Assembly: GCA_045650985.1 (NCBI GenBank)
Contig: JAZRRT010000155.1
Coordinates: forward strand, 1 to 45,801
From: Acutalibacteraceae bacterium
GTDB lineage: Bacteria; Bacillota; Clostridia; Oscillospirales; Acutalibacteraceae
Reading direction: 5' to 3'
Length of the DNA: 45,801 nucleotides
Of this stretch, positions 9,124 through 17,700 are shown one piece after another. The notes under the pieces are model-generated. The model worked only from the letters and a program-made list of their open reading frames with translations, was not told the origin of the DNA and did no database searches. The stretch's first letter is position 1. Every line of letters starts with the position of its first letter. Both the position numbers and the translations under genes were made by a program.

Positions 9124-10293
9124 ATGAAAAAGAACATAATCATCTACATCATTGCAGGTGTTGTTGCCGTTGCCGGTATCGGTGTTGCCGGTATTCTTGG
9201 TGTCGGCAAAATCATCAAGGGTAAGGGCGAAACAACCGAGCCCGCATACAGCTACGATGATTCAACAGACTACGGCGAGGATGGTGTTCCGATCATCACA
9301 CCGGAAGCCGAAGAGATTCGCACAAACGAAAACGGTGAGCTTATCGAGTACCAGACAGACGCAGAGGGTAATACCGTTGTTGTTGTCCTTCAGACAAACC
9401 CCAACGGTGAAGTTGTAACAAAGCCCAACGGCGAAGTTGCTACCAACAAACCGCCTCAGGTTGTTACCACAAAGCCTTCACCAAAACCCAATTCTAACGG
9501 CAACAACTCTGAAGACATCGGACTGAACAATGATTTAACAATTCAGGAATCCCCCGACGGCAAACACAACATCGTCAAACCCGACGGTTCAATCGCTCTG
9601 AGTTACTCTTACAGCGAAACAGGTAACTACTTCTACACAGATGACGATCCCTGGCAGAGAAACTTCGGTTTCAACCGCGTATACGACCTTGGTGCAATAT
9701 TCACATTTATGTACCTCGATACATTCCACGTTTACTACAACCATAACGGTTACGACTGGATGGTTCAGTTCTGGAAAGGTCAGTACGGCTTCCTCTTCCT
9801 CGGCGGCGAAATCGGTCTCTACTACAAAGACCCCGCTAAGACAACTCAGCACTACAACTGTGCAGAGGAAGATATGGAAATCAATATGCAGATGACTGTA
9901 TACCGTGAGGGTTACGGCGAGCTCTTCACACGTCCCTATGCTCCTCACTGGTGGACAACCGCTTTCGTTCCCGGCAAGCTCAAGAAGTTCTCTGACCGTT
10001 CAGAGCTCACAATGGTTGCAAAACTTGAGTTCAAGAGCGTTGAGGAACGTGAAAAGTTCTGTAACGCACTTGAGAAGATTACCGACATCGACGGTAACCG
10101 CTTCAAGTATGCAAGCAAGCTTTCCAAGAACAAGCCCGAATATTACACATACAACGGCACAACGGTTGACCTTGTATGGCGTTACCTTGATGAGGACCGT
10201 AAGACACCTCTCAATCCCGTAACAGAGCCGTCAACAACCGAAACAACAACCCAGAAGCCGATTGTTACACAGCCCCCCTCAGTTGAGGAATAA
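9124..10293 (+). CDS. Membrane-anchored surface protein with D/N-x-N-G repeat linker and conserved C-terminal domain (DUF4474-like, from memory)
   Basis: Strong SD (AAAGGAGA) and an N-terminal TM anchor. The linker contains NENGELI, AEGNTVV, NPNGEVV and KPNGEVA. The C-terminal domain carries DPWQRNFGFNRVYD and WMVQFWKGQYGFLFLGGEIGLYY. Confidence 0.7.
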   Translation: MKKNIIIYIIAGVVAVAGIGVAGILGVGKIIKGKGETTEPAYSYDDSTDYGEDGVPIITPEAEEIRTNENGELIEYQTDAEGNTVVVVLQTNPNGEVVTKPNGEVATNKPPQVVTTKPSPKPNSNGNNSEDIGLNNDLTIQESPDGKHNIVKPDGSIALSYSYSETGNYFYTDDDPWQRNFGFNRVYDLGAIFTFMYLDTFHVYYNHNGYDWMVQFWKGQYGFLFLGGEIGLYYKDPAKTTQHYNCAEEDMEINMQMTVYREGYGELFTRPYAPHWWTTAFVPGKLKKFSDRSELTMVAKLEFKSVEEREKFCNALEKITDIDGNRFKYASKLSKNKPEYYTYNGTTVDLVWRYLDEDRKTPLNPVTEPSTTETTTQKPIVTQPPSVEE

Positions 10294-10304
10294 ATTAAAA
10301 AACC

Positions 10305-10333
10305 GAGGCACTTCATAAGAAGTGCCTCATTTT
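10305..10333. terminator. Bidirectional intrinsic terminator between convergent genes
   Basis: Perfect 10-bp stem gaggcacttc / gaagtgcctc with loop ataa. It is flanked by an A run upstream and a T run downstream, so it can serve both strands. Confidence 0.8.
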
Positions 10334-10579
10334 TTATTCGTAAATTCTTGTTATACCCTTTTTCAGGTCACTGCCTGCTTCCGATAAACCGTCGCTCACA
10401 TCATCAGCAAGACTGCTCATTTCATCCTTAATTGTCTTTTTGGTTGTTGTTTCAACACGGCTTGTTGTGGTGTTTGGTGCAGTTGTTGTAATTTTACCGT
10501 CCTCAGCCTTGCCGCAAGCTACAAACACAAATGCAATCGCAAGCATAATTAATCCGACTGCTAAAATTTTAATTTTCAA
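10334..10579 (-). CDS. Small lipoprotein (81 aa)
   Basis: Signal peptide with lipobox (FVFVACGK), a Thr-rich linker and a short acidic tail. The terminator lies directly downstream. Confidence 0.6.
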   Translation of the reverse strand: MKIKILAVGLIMLAIAFVFVACGKAEDGKITTTAPNTTTSRVETTTKKTIKDEMSSLADDVSDGLSEAGSDLKKGITRIYE

Positions 10580-10612
10580 TTTACTATACCTCTTTTCAAA
10601 AATTTATTTTAT

Positions 10613-10795
10613 TTAAAGGTCATCGGCATCCTGTTCGGGCATAATATCATCGGCATCGTAGGGCGTACCCCTGTAACTTCCGAGAACGTCAAACGGCTCG
10701 TTTTCCGCTGCCGTTTCCCACAGCGACACCATGCTCTCCACAATGTGTCTGTTTTTGTTAAACGCTGTTCTTCTGTCGTTTTTATCGTACATCAA
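10613..10795 (-). CDS. Small acidic hypothetical protein (60 aa)
   Basis: The ORF begins 16 nt after the stop of the upstream 88-aa gene. Its C-terminus is very acidic (DADDIMPEQDADDL). I recognise no family. Confidence 0.45.
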   Translation of the reverse strand: MMYDKNDRRTAFNKNRHIVESMVSLWETAAENEPFDVLGSYRGTPYDADDIMPEQDADDL

Positions 10796-10811
10796 TGCAT
10801 TCTTTCTCCTC

Positions 10812-11078
10812 TCACCGTATCAACAGCGTAAGAAGCGCGGTTATGCCCGCACCGGCAATTGTCGCCAAAGCAAGTGAAGCAACTGTCCATATCCTGTTGC
10901 GTACAATCTTCGTAACGGGCGGTCTGTCATTTTTGCCTGCGATAATGTTTGCCCTCTCTCTGAGTTTACCTTCGCTCACATTAACACATTCAGGCTTAAC
11001 AAAAAACATCACACGCTCGAAATATTCACAATCCGTTTCGCTTATCTCAATTACCTGTCTGTTGACACCTTTTATCAT
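10812..11078 (-). CDS. Small tail-anchored membrane protein (88 aa), unknown function
   Basis: AAAGGG SD 7 nt upstream of ATG. The soluble N-terminal ~60 aa (MIKGVNRQVIEISETDCEYFERV...) are followed by one C-terminal TM helix (WTVASLALATIAGAGITALLTLLI). Confidence 0.6.
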   Translation of the reverse strand: MIKGVNRQVIEISETDCEYFERVMFFVKPECVNVSEGKLRERANIIAGKNDRPPVTKIVRNRIWTVASLALATIAGAGITALLTLLIR

Positions 11079-11221
11079 TTTTGTACCCTTTCTTCATTTT
11101 GCCGTATTTTTTCGGTCTGACGCATATCTATTTTTAGCACTTTGCACACCTTATATTCACGCCTGTTTTTTGCCAAACTTTTCAACATTTACAAACTGTA
11201 TAGTGGAAATCATTTGTTCGA

Positions 11222-11277
11222 TGTGAAAAACCGTGTGGAAAATGTGAAAAAGCCCTTGTTTTACCTTAGTTTTTCAC
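11222..11277. repeat. Cluster of four GTGRAAAA / TTTTYCAC motifs in divergent intergenic region
   Basis: Three near-tandem copies: tgtgaaaaa (11222-11230), tgtggaaaa (11234-11242) and tgtgaaaaa (11243-11251). One inverted copy, tttttcac, lies at 11270-11277. Confidence 0.6.
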
Positions 11278-11461
11278 CAAATCGCTATGGGAAAAGGCTT
11301 TTTCTTTACATTTAATATTTTACAATCAGTTATTTTTGCTTTACAAAACCTGCAGAAAAACGAAGAATTTTCTTGTTCTTTTTTCTTTTTTGTCATAAAA
11401 CATACATATTCTGATTTTATAATTAAAACAGCATTAATACAGTAAAAGGTTGATTTGCAGA

Positions 11462-12277
11462 ATGAAAATAACAGCAGATAAAAACTCAATAACTCTGACC
11501 GATTTCGGCTCGTTTGACCTTGGATTGAGCGCTGATTGCGGACAGGCTTTCCGCTGGAAACAGGACGAAGAAGGATTCTGGCACGGCATAGTATGCGGCA
11601 AATATCTCAAAGCAAAACAGGAAGCAAACGCAATTGTTATGTATACAACCCCCGAAGATTTTGAGGTTTTCTGGAAAGAGTACTTCGATCTCGCAACAGA
11701 CTACGCCGATATATGTAAAACGCTCAGCAGTGACACCCACCTGAGCAAGGCTGTTACCTCTTGCCCCGGAATCCACATATTAAAGCAAGAGCCTTGGGAA
11801 GCACTCTGCTCATTTATCATTTCACAAAACAATAACATACCGCGTATCAAAGGTATCATTGAGCGCCTCTGCGAAACATTCGGCGAAGAGATTGAGCACG
11901 GTTATACGTTTCCTTCCGCTCAAAAGCTTGCATTGCTGACGCCCGATGACCTTGCACCCTTGCGTGCAGGTTTCAGAGCAAAGTACATTATTGATGCGGC
12001 GCAAAAGGTTGCAAGCGGAGAAGTTGATTTTGAAAAAATATACAATTCCCCTATCGAATACGGCAGAGAAGAACTTCAGAAAATCTGCGGTGTAGGTGCG
12101 AAGGTTGCCGAGTGCACCCTACTTTACGGCTTTTATAAGGTCGATGCATTCCCCGTTGACGTGTGGGTGCGCCGAATAATGGAAGAACTGTATCCAAACG
12201 GATTTCCCGACTGTGCAGACGGTGTAAAAGGCATCGCACAGCAATACCTGTTCCATTGGCGCAGAACGTGTATTTGA
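11462..12277 (+). CDS. ogg: 8-oxoguanine DNA glycosylase (OGG1-type, HhH-GPD superfamily)
   Basis: HhH-GPD signature ICGVGAKVAECTLLYGF...AFPVDVWVRR has the catalytic Lys and Asp in OGG1-like spacing. The N-terminal domain is OGG-like. ATG 11462 is preferred over the TTG at 11450 used by the track. Confidence 0.8.
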   Translation: MKITADKNSITLTDFGSFDLGLSADCGQAFRWKQDEEGFWHGIVCGKYLKAKQEANAIVMYTTPEDFEVFWKEYFDLATDYADICKTLSSDTHLSKAVTSCPGIHILKQEPWEALCSFIISQNNNIPRIKGIIERLCETFGEEIEHGYTFPSAQKLALLTPDDLAPLRAGFRAKYIIDAAQKVASGEVDFEKIYNSPIEYGREELQKICGVGAKVAECTLLYGFYKVDAFPVDVWVRRIMEELYPNGFPDCADGVKGIAQQYLFHWRRTCI

Positions 12278-12302
12278 TGAACAAAAGTTGAACTTTAATT
12301 CA

Positions 12303-12324
12303 TTTTTGTACTCCAGTACAAAAA
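12303..12324. promoter_or_regulatory. Perfect palindrome, candidate TetR operator
   Basis: tttttgtact-cc-agtacaaaaa, 10+10 bp perfect inverted repeat, ends 4 nt before the -35 of the tetR promoter. The 2-nt centre makes an RNA hairpin unlikely, so a protein-binding site is favoured. Confidence 0.5.
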
Positions 12325-12328
12325 ATCC

Positions 12329-12357
12329 TTTACAAATTCAAAAAAAGCATATATAAT
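12329..12357 (+). promoter_or_regulatory. Sigma-A-type promoter of tetR-aminotransferase operon
   Basis: TTTACA (12329-12334), 17-nt spacer, TATAAT (12352-12357). Confidence 0.55.
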
Positions 12358-12385
12358 AAGAACATAACAGTGAGGTAGGTGTGAG

Positions 12386-12964
12386 ATGGAGCAGGCAAGA
12401 CGATCCCGCAAAAAGGAACAGACTCACCGCGCGATAATGCACAGCGCTAAGGTTTTGTTTGAACAGCACGGTATAAGCAACGTCACAATCGAGCAGATAG
12501 CCGAAAATGCTGACGTTTCCCGTTCAACCTTCTTCTCTCATTTCGATTCTCTTGACAGTCTTCTGACAGAAATTGCCGCTGAAGAAATCAACGATATTTT
12601 TTCCGCAATAGAAGCAGACGAAACGGAGCCGAGCGTCGCCGCCGTGTTCCGTCAGCTCAGCACAGACACCTATGCCTATCCGTATCTTATGGGTGAGCTG
12701 TTTATGAGCAGCATTCTCTCGCCCGGTGAAAGCGCTGTCGCAAGAGTAGACCACCTTCTCCGCTCGGAAATCGAGCAAGGTAAATACGGAAAAATGCTCG
12801 AGCATTTCAGCTCGAAGGACATTTCCGCTTTTATTTTCGGAGCTTATTTCGGCCTCATCTTCCAGAAGTTTATGAACAATGAAACTTTCGATGATCCGGC
12901 TGAAACAAACGATAAAATACAAAAATTAATTAAATTTTTCAAGAATCAGGAGGAACAACAATGA
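12386..12964 (+). CDS. TetR/AcrR family transcriptional regulator
   Basis: N-terminal HTH (VTIEQIAENADVSRSTFFSHF) with a helical C-terminal ligand domain, 192 aa. Confidence 0.85.
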   Translation: MEQARRSRKKEQTHRAIMHSAKVLFEQHGISNVTIEQIAENADVSRSTFFSHFDSLDSLLTEIAAEEINDIFSAIEADETEPSVAAVFRQLSTDTYAYPYLMGELFMSSILSPGESAVARVDHLLRSEIEQGKYGKMLEHFSSKDISAFIFGAYFGLIFQKFMNNETFDDPAETNDKIQKLIKFFKNQEEQQ

Positions 12965-14457
12965 GCAACGGTTACGCAATCAGCAACTGGCAGGACGCAA
13001 AGACCATCTATGCTAAGCTTGCCAAACTCACATCTCAGCCTATTTACAGTGTTTCAGACGATGAACTCAAGAGAGTACTCGAGCACTTCGAAACAAAGTG
13101 CGCAAAATCCAAGGAAATCACCACAGAAGCTAAGAAGTACATTCCCGGCGGCGTTCAGCACAACCTCGCCTTCAACTATCCCTTCCCCATCTGCGTAACA
13201 AAGGCAGAGGGCGCATACCTCTACGACCTTGACGGAAACCAGTACATTGACTTCCTCCAGGCAGGCGGTCCCACAATCCTCGGTTCAAACTACGAGCCGG
13301 TTCGTGAGAAGGTTATGGAGCTTCTCAACACCTGCGGCCCCGTAACAGGTCTTTTCCACGAGGGTGAGCTTCTTCTTGCAAAAGAAATCAACAAGCATAT
13401 GCCCAACGTAGAAATGTTCCGTATGCTCGGTTCAGGTACAGAATCCGTTATGGCTGCTATCCGTGTAGCACGTAACGCAACCAAGGCAAAGAGAATCATT
13501 AAGGTCGGGGGCGCATACCACGGCTGGTCCGATCAGATGGTATACGGTCTCAAAATTCCGGGCAGCCGTCAGTTCCTTGAGTCACACGGTATCCCCAGCG
13601 GTTCATACAGCACAACAGACGAGGTCAGACCCAACGACCTTCACATGCTCGAAAAGATGCTTAAGCTCAACAAGATGCGCGGCGGCACAGCAGCAGTTAT
13701 CGTTGAGCCTGTCGGCCCCGAAAGCGGCACACGTCCCATCGACAAAGATTATAACAAGGGCGTTCGCGAGCTTTGCAACAAGTACGGCTGTCTGTTTATC
13801 TTCGACGAAGTTGTTACAGGTTTCCGCGTAGGTCTCGGCGGTGCTCAGGGCTACTTCGACGTTGTTCCGGACCTTACAATCTTCGGTAAGGTTGTTGCAG
13901 GCGGTTATCCGTCAGCAGGTGGTGTCGGCGGTAAGAAGGAATTTGTCAGCGGTATGGCAGCAGGTGTCGGCACAATGATGAAGCGTGCATACGTCGGCGG
14001 TACACTTGCAGCTAACCCGCTTTCATCCTATGCAGGTTACTGTGCAATTCAGGAAATTGAGAAGACTGACGCTTGCGTTAAGGCAGGTCAGGCCGGTGAC
14101 AGACTCACAGCAGGTCTCCAGAACCTTGTTGATAAGTATTCTCTTCCCTACGTTGTTTACAACCAGGGCTCAATCGTTCACCTCGAGTGCACAGGCGCAA
14201 TGAGCTACGACTTCAGCTCAATGAATCTTCTCGGTTCTGTTCTTCCCCTCCTCAAGGCAAAGCCCGAAATGCTTCGCCGCAAGGTTGCAATGGAGGAAAT
14301 GGGCGCAGCATACATGGCACACGGTATCGTTACCCTTGCAGGCAGCCGTCTTTACACCTCACTTGCTGACACAGACGAGGTTATCGACGATGCACTCAAC
14401 AGATTTGAGGACGTATTCAAGAACGTCAGAATCTGCACAAGAAACCTTGACAAATAA
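12961..14457 (+). CDS. Class-III PLP-dependent aminotransferase / glutamate-1-semialdehyde aminomutase-like enzyme
   Basis: ATGA overlap with the tetR stop. Motifs GSGTES, FDEVVTGFR and FGKVVAGGYP (Schiff-base Lys) match the GSA-aminomutase-like subgroup. At 498 aa it has a ~50-60 aa N-terminal extension compared with typical HemL. Confidence 0.8.
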   Translation: MSNGYAISNWQDAKTIYAKLAKLTSQPIYSVSDDELKRVLEHFETKCAKSKEITTEAKKYIPGGVQHNLAFNYPFPICVTKAEGAYLYDLDGNQYIDFLQAGGPTILGSNYEPVREKVMELLNTCGPVTGLFHEGELLLAKEINKHMPNVEMFRMLGSGTESVMAAIRVARNATKAKRIIKVGGAYHGWSDQMVYGLKIPGSRQFLESHGIPSGSYSTTDEVRPNDLHMLEKMLKLNKMRGGTAAVIVEPVGPESGTRPIDKDYNKGVRELCNKYGCLFIFDEVVTGFRVGLGGAQGYFDVVPDLTIFGKVVAGGYPSAGGVGGKKEFVSGMAAGVGTMMKRAYVGGTLAANPLSSYAGYCAIQEIEKTDACVKAGQAGDRLTAGLQNLVDKYSLPYVVYNQGSIVHLECTGAMSYDFSSMNLLGSVLPLLKAKPEMLRRKVAMEEMGAAYMAHGIVTLAGSRLYTSLADTDEVIDDALNRFEDVFKNVRICTRNLDK

Positions 14458-14474
14458 TCAAACCTCGAATCAGA

Positions 14475-14506
14475 CAAGGCAGAGTAAAATCTGCCTTGTT
14501 TTTTTA
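14475..14506 (+). terminator. Intrinsic terminator
   Basis: 8-bp stem caaggcag / ctgccttg, 8-nt loop, then a T7 run. Confidence 0.8.
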
Positions 14507-14536
14507 TTTTACGCAGTATATAACGTCTCATCCGAC

Positions 14537-14565
14537 TTGACAAAAGCTTGCTTGAAAAGTATATT
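14537..14565 (+). promoter_or_regulatory. Sigma-A-type promoter
   Basis: TTGACA (14537-14542), 17-nt spacer, TATATT (14560-14565). Confidence 0.55.
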
Positions 14566-14595
14566 TTAATTATCAACACTCAAGGAGAAGTAGCT

Positions 14596-15654
14596 ATGAA
14601 AAAGTTTATCAGCGCCGTGCTTTGCGTTACTCTGTGCCTGTCTTTTGCATTCGGCACGTCTGCAATGGGTCCGCAAGGAATCGGTGAGGATTTCACGTCA
14701 TTTTTTGAAAATATTAAGCGATTTTTCTCAATCATAGCGGGTGACATAGCCGATTTCTTTGAAGGCGGCTACACAGACGTAAATATAAACAATTTCACGC
14801 AGGAAGGCTTTGATATGCCCGGACTCGACAGCGGTTTTGTACCGCAGGGACTGTGTTATAACGAGGCCTACGGTGTTTACCTCATCAGCGGTTACACAGA
14901 CAGCGGCAATTCAAGAATTTACGCTGTAAACAAAACCGGCGGCGAGACAAAGGAAATTATACTCAAGGACTTCACAGCCCACGCAGGCGGTATAGCCTCT
15001 CACGGCAACGACGTATGGGTCGCTTCGGGAGGTAACGCAGAAAAAGGCGGTTATCTCTACCACCTCGATACGGAAAAAATAATGAACGTATCCGAAAGTG
15101 CCGAGCTGGAGTTTGACAGCAAGTATCAGACACAGGTAAAAGGTTCATTCCTCGGCTGCTCAGGTGATATGATATGGGTAGGCGAATTTTACACAAACAG
15201 CGGCGGCTATGACGTTAATCCCGATCACGCACTCGGTAAAAATCACGCCCGAGCTTGCGGATATAAAATCAGCAACGGCGCGCTTGAGCTTACCGCGATG
15301 ATGTCCATACCTGACGAAGTGCAGGGAATTACAGTCTTACCCGACAACAGCGTTGCGTTCAGCATCTCTTACGGCAGATACAACGATTCTACCCTTGAAA
15401 TCTTTTCGCCGTACACAGAGCTTGAACGCTCAACAGTAACGGTCGACGGCAAAGAAATTCCGCTCTACAACTGCCAAAAAGCGGACAGAACAGCAAAAAT
15501 TGAAATGCCGTCACTTATGCAGGGTATCGAATATACAGACGGCAAGCTCTGTGTAATTTACGAATCGGGTGCTCAAAAGTATTCATTGGCAAAACAGGTA
15601 ATCACAACCTCACAGATTATTGATATGGAAGCTCTGTCACAGGAGCTCAACTGA
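14596..15654 (+). CDS. Secreted hypothetical protein (possible beta-propeller fold)
   Basis: The track ORF starts at 14548. ATG 14596, preceded by AAGGAGAAG, gives a classical signal peptide (MKKFISAVLCVTLCLSFAFGTSAMG). I see no diagnostic catalytic motif. Confidence 0.65.
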   Translation: MKKFISAVLCVTLCLSFAFGTSAMGPQGIGEDFTSFFENIKRFFSIIAGDIADFFEGGYTDVNINNFTQEGFDMPGLDSGFVPQGLCYNEAYGVYLISGYTDSGNSRIYAVNKTGGETKEIILKDFTAHAGGIASHGNDVWVASGGNAEKGGYLYHLDTEKIMNVSESAELEFDSKYQTQVKGSFLGCSGDMIWVGEFYTNSGGYDVNPDHALGKNHARACGYKISNGALELTAMMSIPDEVQGITVLPDNSVAFSISYGRYNDSTLEIFSPYTELERSTVTVDGKEIPLYNCQKADRTAKIEMPSLMQGIEYTDGKLCVIYESGAQKYSLAKQVITTSQIIDMEALSQELN

Positions 15655-15674
15655 CTTCACGGATGGTGTAAAAT

Positions 15675-17567
15675 ATGAAAAAAACAATCAGCTTTTTAAT
15701 GGCACTCGTAATTATCTGCACGTCGTGCCTTTGCTTTGCTCAGGCATATAATTTTGACGACCTTGACGGCGATGTATCCGAATACCCCGTTATCATTGTG
15801 CCGGGCTACGGCGGTGCAGGTCTGTTTACCGAGGACGGAACGCAGGTCTGGGGTCCCAATATAGGCAATATGGCACTCGGCTTGCTCGATAACATTGCAA
15901 AGACCGGTCGGGCACTCGGTGAATTTATGCTCGGTGATGCTCAGCTTCTCGGCGAGGTTATCGGTGAACAGGTGGTAAAAGAGCTTGGTGTGCTCCGCTG
16001 TAACGATGACGGCACAAGCGCATATCCGCTAAGCCCCATCTCCGTAGATGCGGCTGAAACAAACACCTCCGCCCTGAATGAAAGATTCCCCGACGGTGCA
16101 AATACCTATGAGCTTGAAATCCAGACGGAGCTGAAGAAATATCTTGATCCGTCACACATTTACAACTTTACGTGCGATTTCAGAATGGGTGCCGAATATA
16201 ACGCCAATATGCTCCGCGACTATATCGACAGCGTGCTCGAGCACAGCGGTGCAGAAAAAGTCAACATATATTCGCTCAGCCACGGCGGCCAAATAACCGC
16301 AACTTATCTCACGCTTTACGGTGATGACAACAAGGTTGACAACGTAATTATGACATCGCCCGCAATAGGAGGCGCAGGCATTGCCTATGACCCGTTTGCA
16401 GGAGAAATTGATTTTGACGAAGAAACCCTCATCAGATTTATTGAACAGGGCGTTATGATGGAGGAAGACATAAACTGGCTTCTCAAAGCAAACCAGCTCG
16501 GAATCCTCGACGATATTCTCTACGCGGTAAAGCCTTACTTCTTTGAGGTTATGGGCAATTGGGGCAGTATATGGGACTTTATGCCGATTGAAAACTACGA
16601 GGATGCAAAAGAACTTCTCCTCGACGAAACAAAGCACGCAGGTCTTATTGAAAAAACAGACCGCTTCCACTACGAAATATTCCCCTTAATCGGTGAAAGA
16701 CTGCGCTACCTGAGAGAAGAATACTCGATGAATATATCAATTATCGCAGGCTACGGCAACCGCATAATTTCGGGTATGAACGAAGATTCCGACTCCATAA
16801 TCACCCTGTCAAGCGCAACAGGCGCAACGACACCGCCCTTCGGTATGCGTTTTGCAGACGGATACGTTCAGAGAAACAGTTGCGACGGCAAATACAAACT
16901 CTCGCCCGATATGACGGTTGATGCTTCAACGGCATACCTGCCCGATAACACCTGGTTCGTAAAAGGTATGTTCCACGCATTCGTTGTGTTTGACGATTAC
17001 ACAATGGAGCTTGTAATGAAACTGCTGTTGACAGATGAAATAACCGACGTTTATTCAGACGAAAACTTCCCCCAGTTCCGCGATTCGTCAAGCCTCTGCC
17101 ACACAGTATGGGCACATTTTGACAACAACCCCTCAGGTTATATCAACAGCGAATCAAAGTCGCTTATTGTCACTAACGTATGTGCCGATTCAAGCGTAAA
17201 CGTTACTGCCGTAGTATGCAAAGGGCTTGATATACGATTCAACGTTGACCCGACAGTAAAGCTCGCACCCGGCGAAAGCGTTGAAATCAGCTTTGAAGGC
17301 GAAATTCCTCAGCTCAGCGGCAAGCAGGTTGACATAACAGTCTACTACCTTACCGATACGCTCACACCGGCAGGATACAGAACGCAGGGATATACCGTGC
17401 TCAACGGCGAGAAAGTAGAAACAGGCACAGATAATATCACCACAGCAGGCAACTCTGTAATCAGCGGAATATTTGCAGATTTGCTCAAGTCAGTAGGTCT
17501 GTATGAGCTTGTGACAATGATTATCGAAGTATTGATGTTCACCTTCTCAGCAATTACGGCACACTAA
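15675..17567 (+). CDS. Secreted alpha/beta-hydrolase (lipase/esterase-like) with C-terminal hydrophobic tail
   Basis: Signal peptide (…CLCFAQA), a PGYGG segment and the nucleophile elbow YSLSHGG (S-x-S-x-G). A C-terminal beta-rich region ends in a hydrophobic segment (LYELVTMIIEVLMFTF). It starts 20 nt after the preceding gene. Confidence 0.65.
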   Translation: MKKTISFLMALVIICTSCLCFAQAYNFDDLDGDVSEYPVIIVPGYGGAGLFTEDGTQVWGPNIGNMALGLLDNIAKTGRALGEFMLGDAQLLGEVIGEQVVKELGVLRCNDDGTSAYPLSPISVDAAETNTSALNERFPDGANTYELEIQTELKKYLDPSHIYNFTCDFRMGAEYNANMLRDYIDSVLEHSGAEKVNIYSLSHGGQITATYLTLYGDDNKVDNVIMTSPAIGGAGIAYDPFAGEIDFDEETLIRFIEQGVMMEEDINWLLKANQLGILDDILYAVKPYFFEVMGNWGSIWDFMPIENYEDAKELLLDETKHAGLIEKTDRFHYEIFPLIGERLRYLREEYSMNISIIAGYGNRIISGMNEDSDSIITLSSATGATTPPFGMRFADGYVQRNSCDGKYKLSPDMTVDASTAYLPDNTWFVKGMFHAFVVFDDYTMELVMKLLLTDEITDVYSDENFPQFRDSSSLCHTVWAHFDNNPSGYINSESKSLIVTNVCADSSVNVTAVVCKGLDIRFNVDPTVKLAPGESVEISFEGEIPQLSGKQVDITVYYLTDTLTPAGYRTQGYTVLNGEKVETGTDNITTAGNSVISGIFADLLKSVGLYELVTMIIEVLMFTFSAITAH

Positions 17568-17700
17568 ACCAAACAAACCGACTAAGCACCACGCCGCTGA
17601 ATCGGCATTTATAAAGCATTGCCTGTATTTTCAGGCACAACTGTGAGCATTATGTCTTTAAGTTATGTAAAGCAGTATAGCTTTACAGGAGGATGTATTT

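Noticed and set aside
10795-11226. 143-aa plus-strand ORF spanning the two small minus-strand genes and part of the spacer.
   Set aside because: It has no SD and a Ser/Leu/Phe-rich composition. It overlaps two minus-strand ORFs that have better starts and sensible TM/soluble architecture.
12303-12324. Reading the 22-bp palindrome after ogg as the ogg transcription terminator.
   Set aside because: A 2-nt centre cannot form an RNA hairpin loop without breaking the stem, and the stem is almost pure A/T. Its position abutting the tetR -35 fits an operator better.
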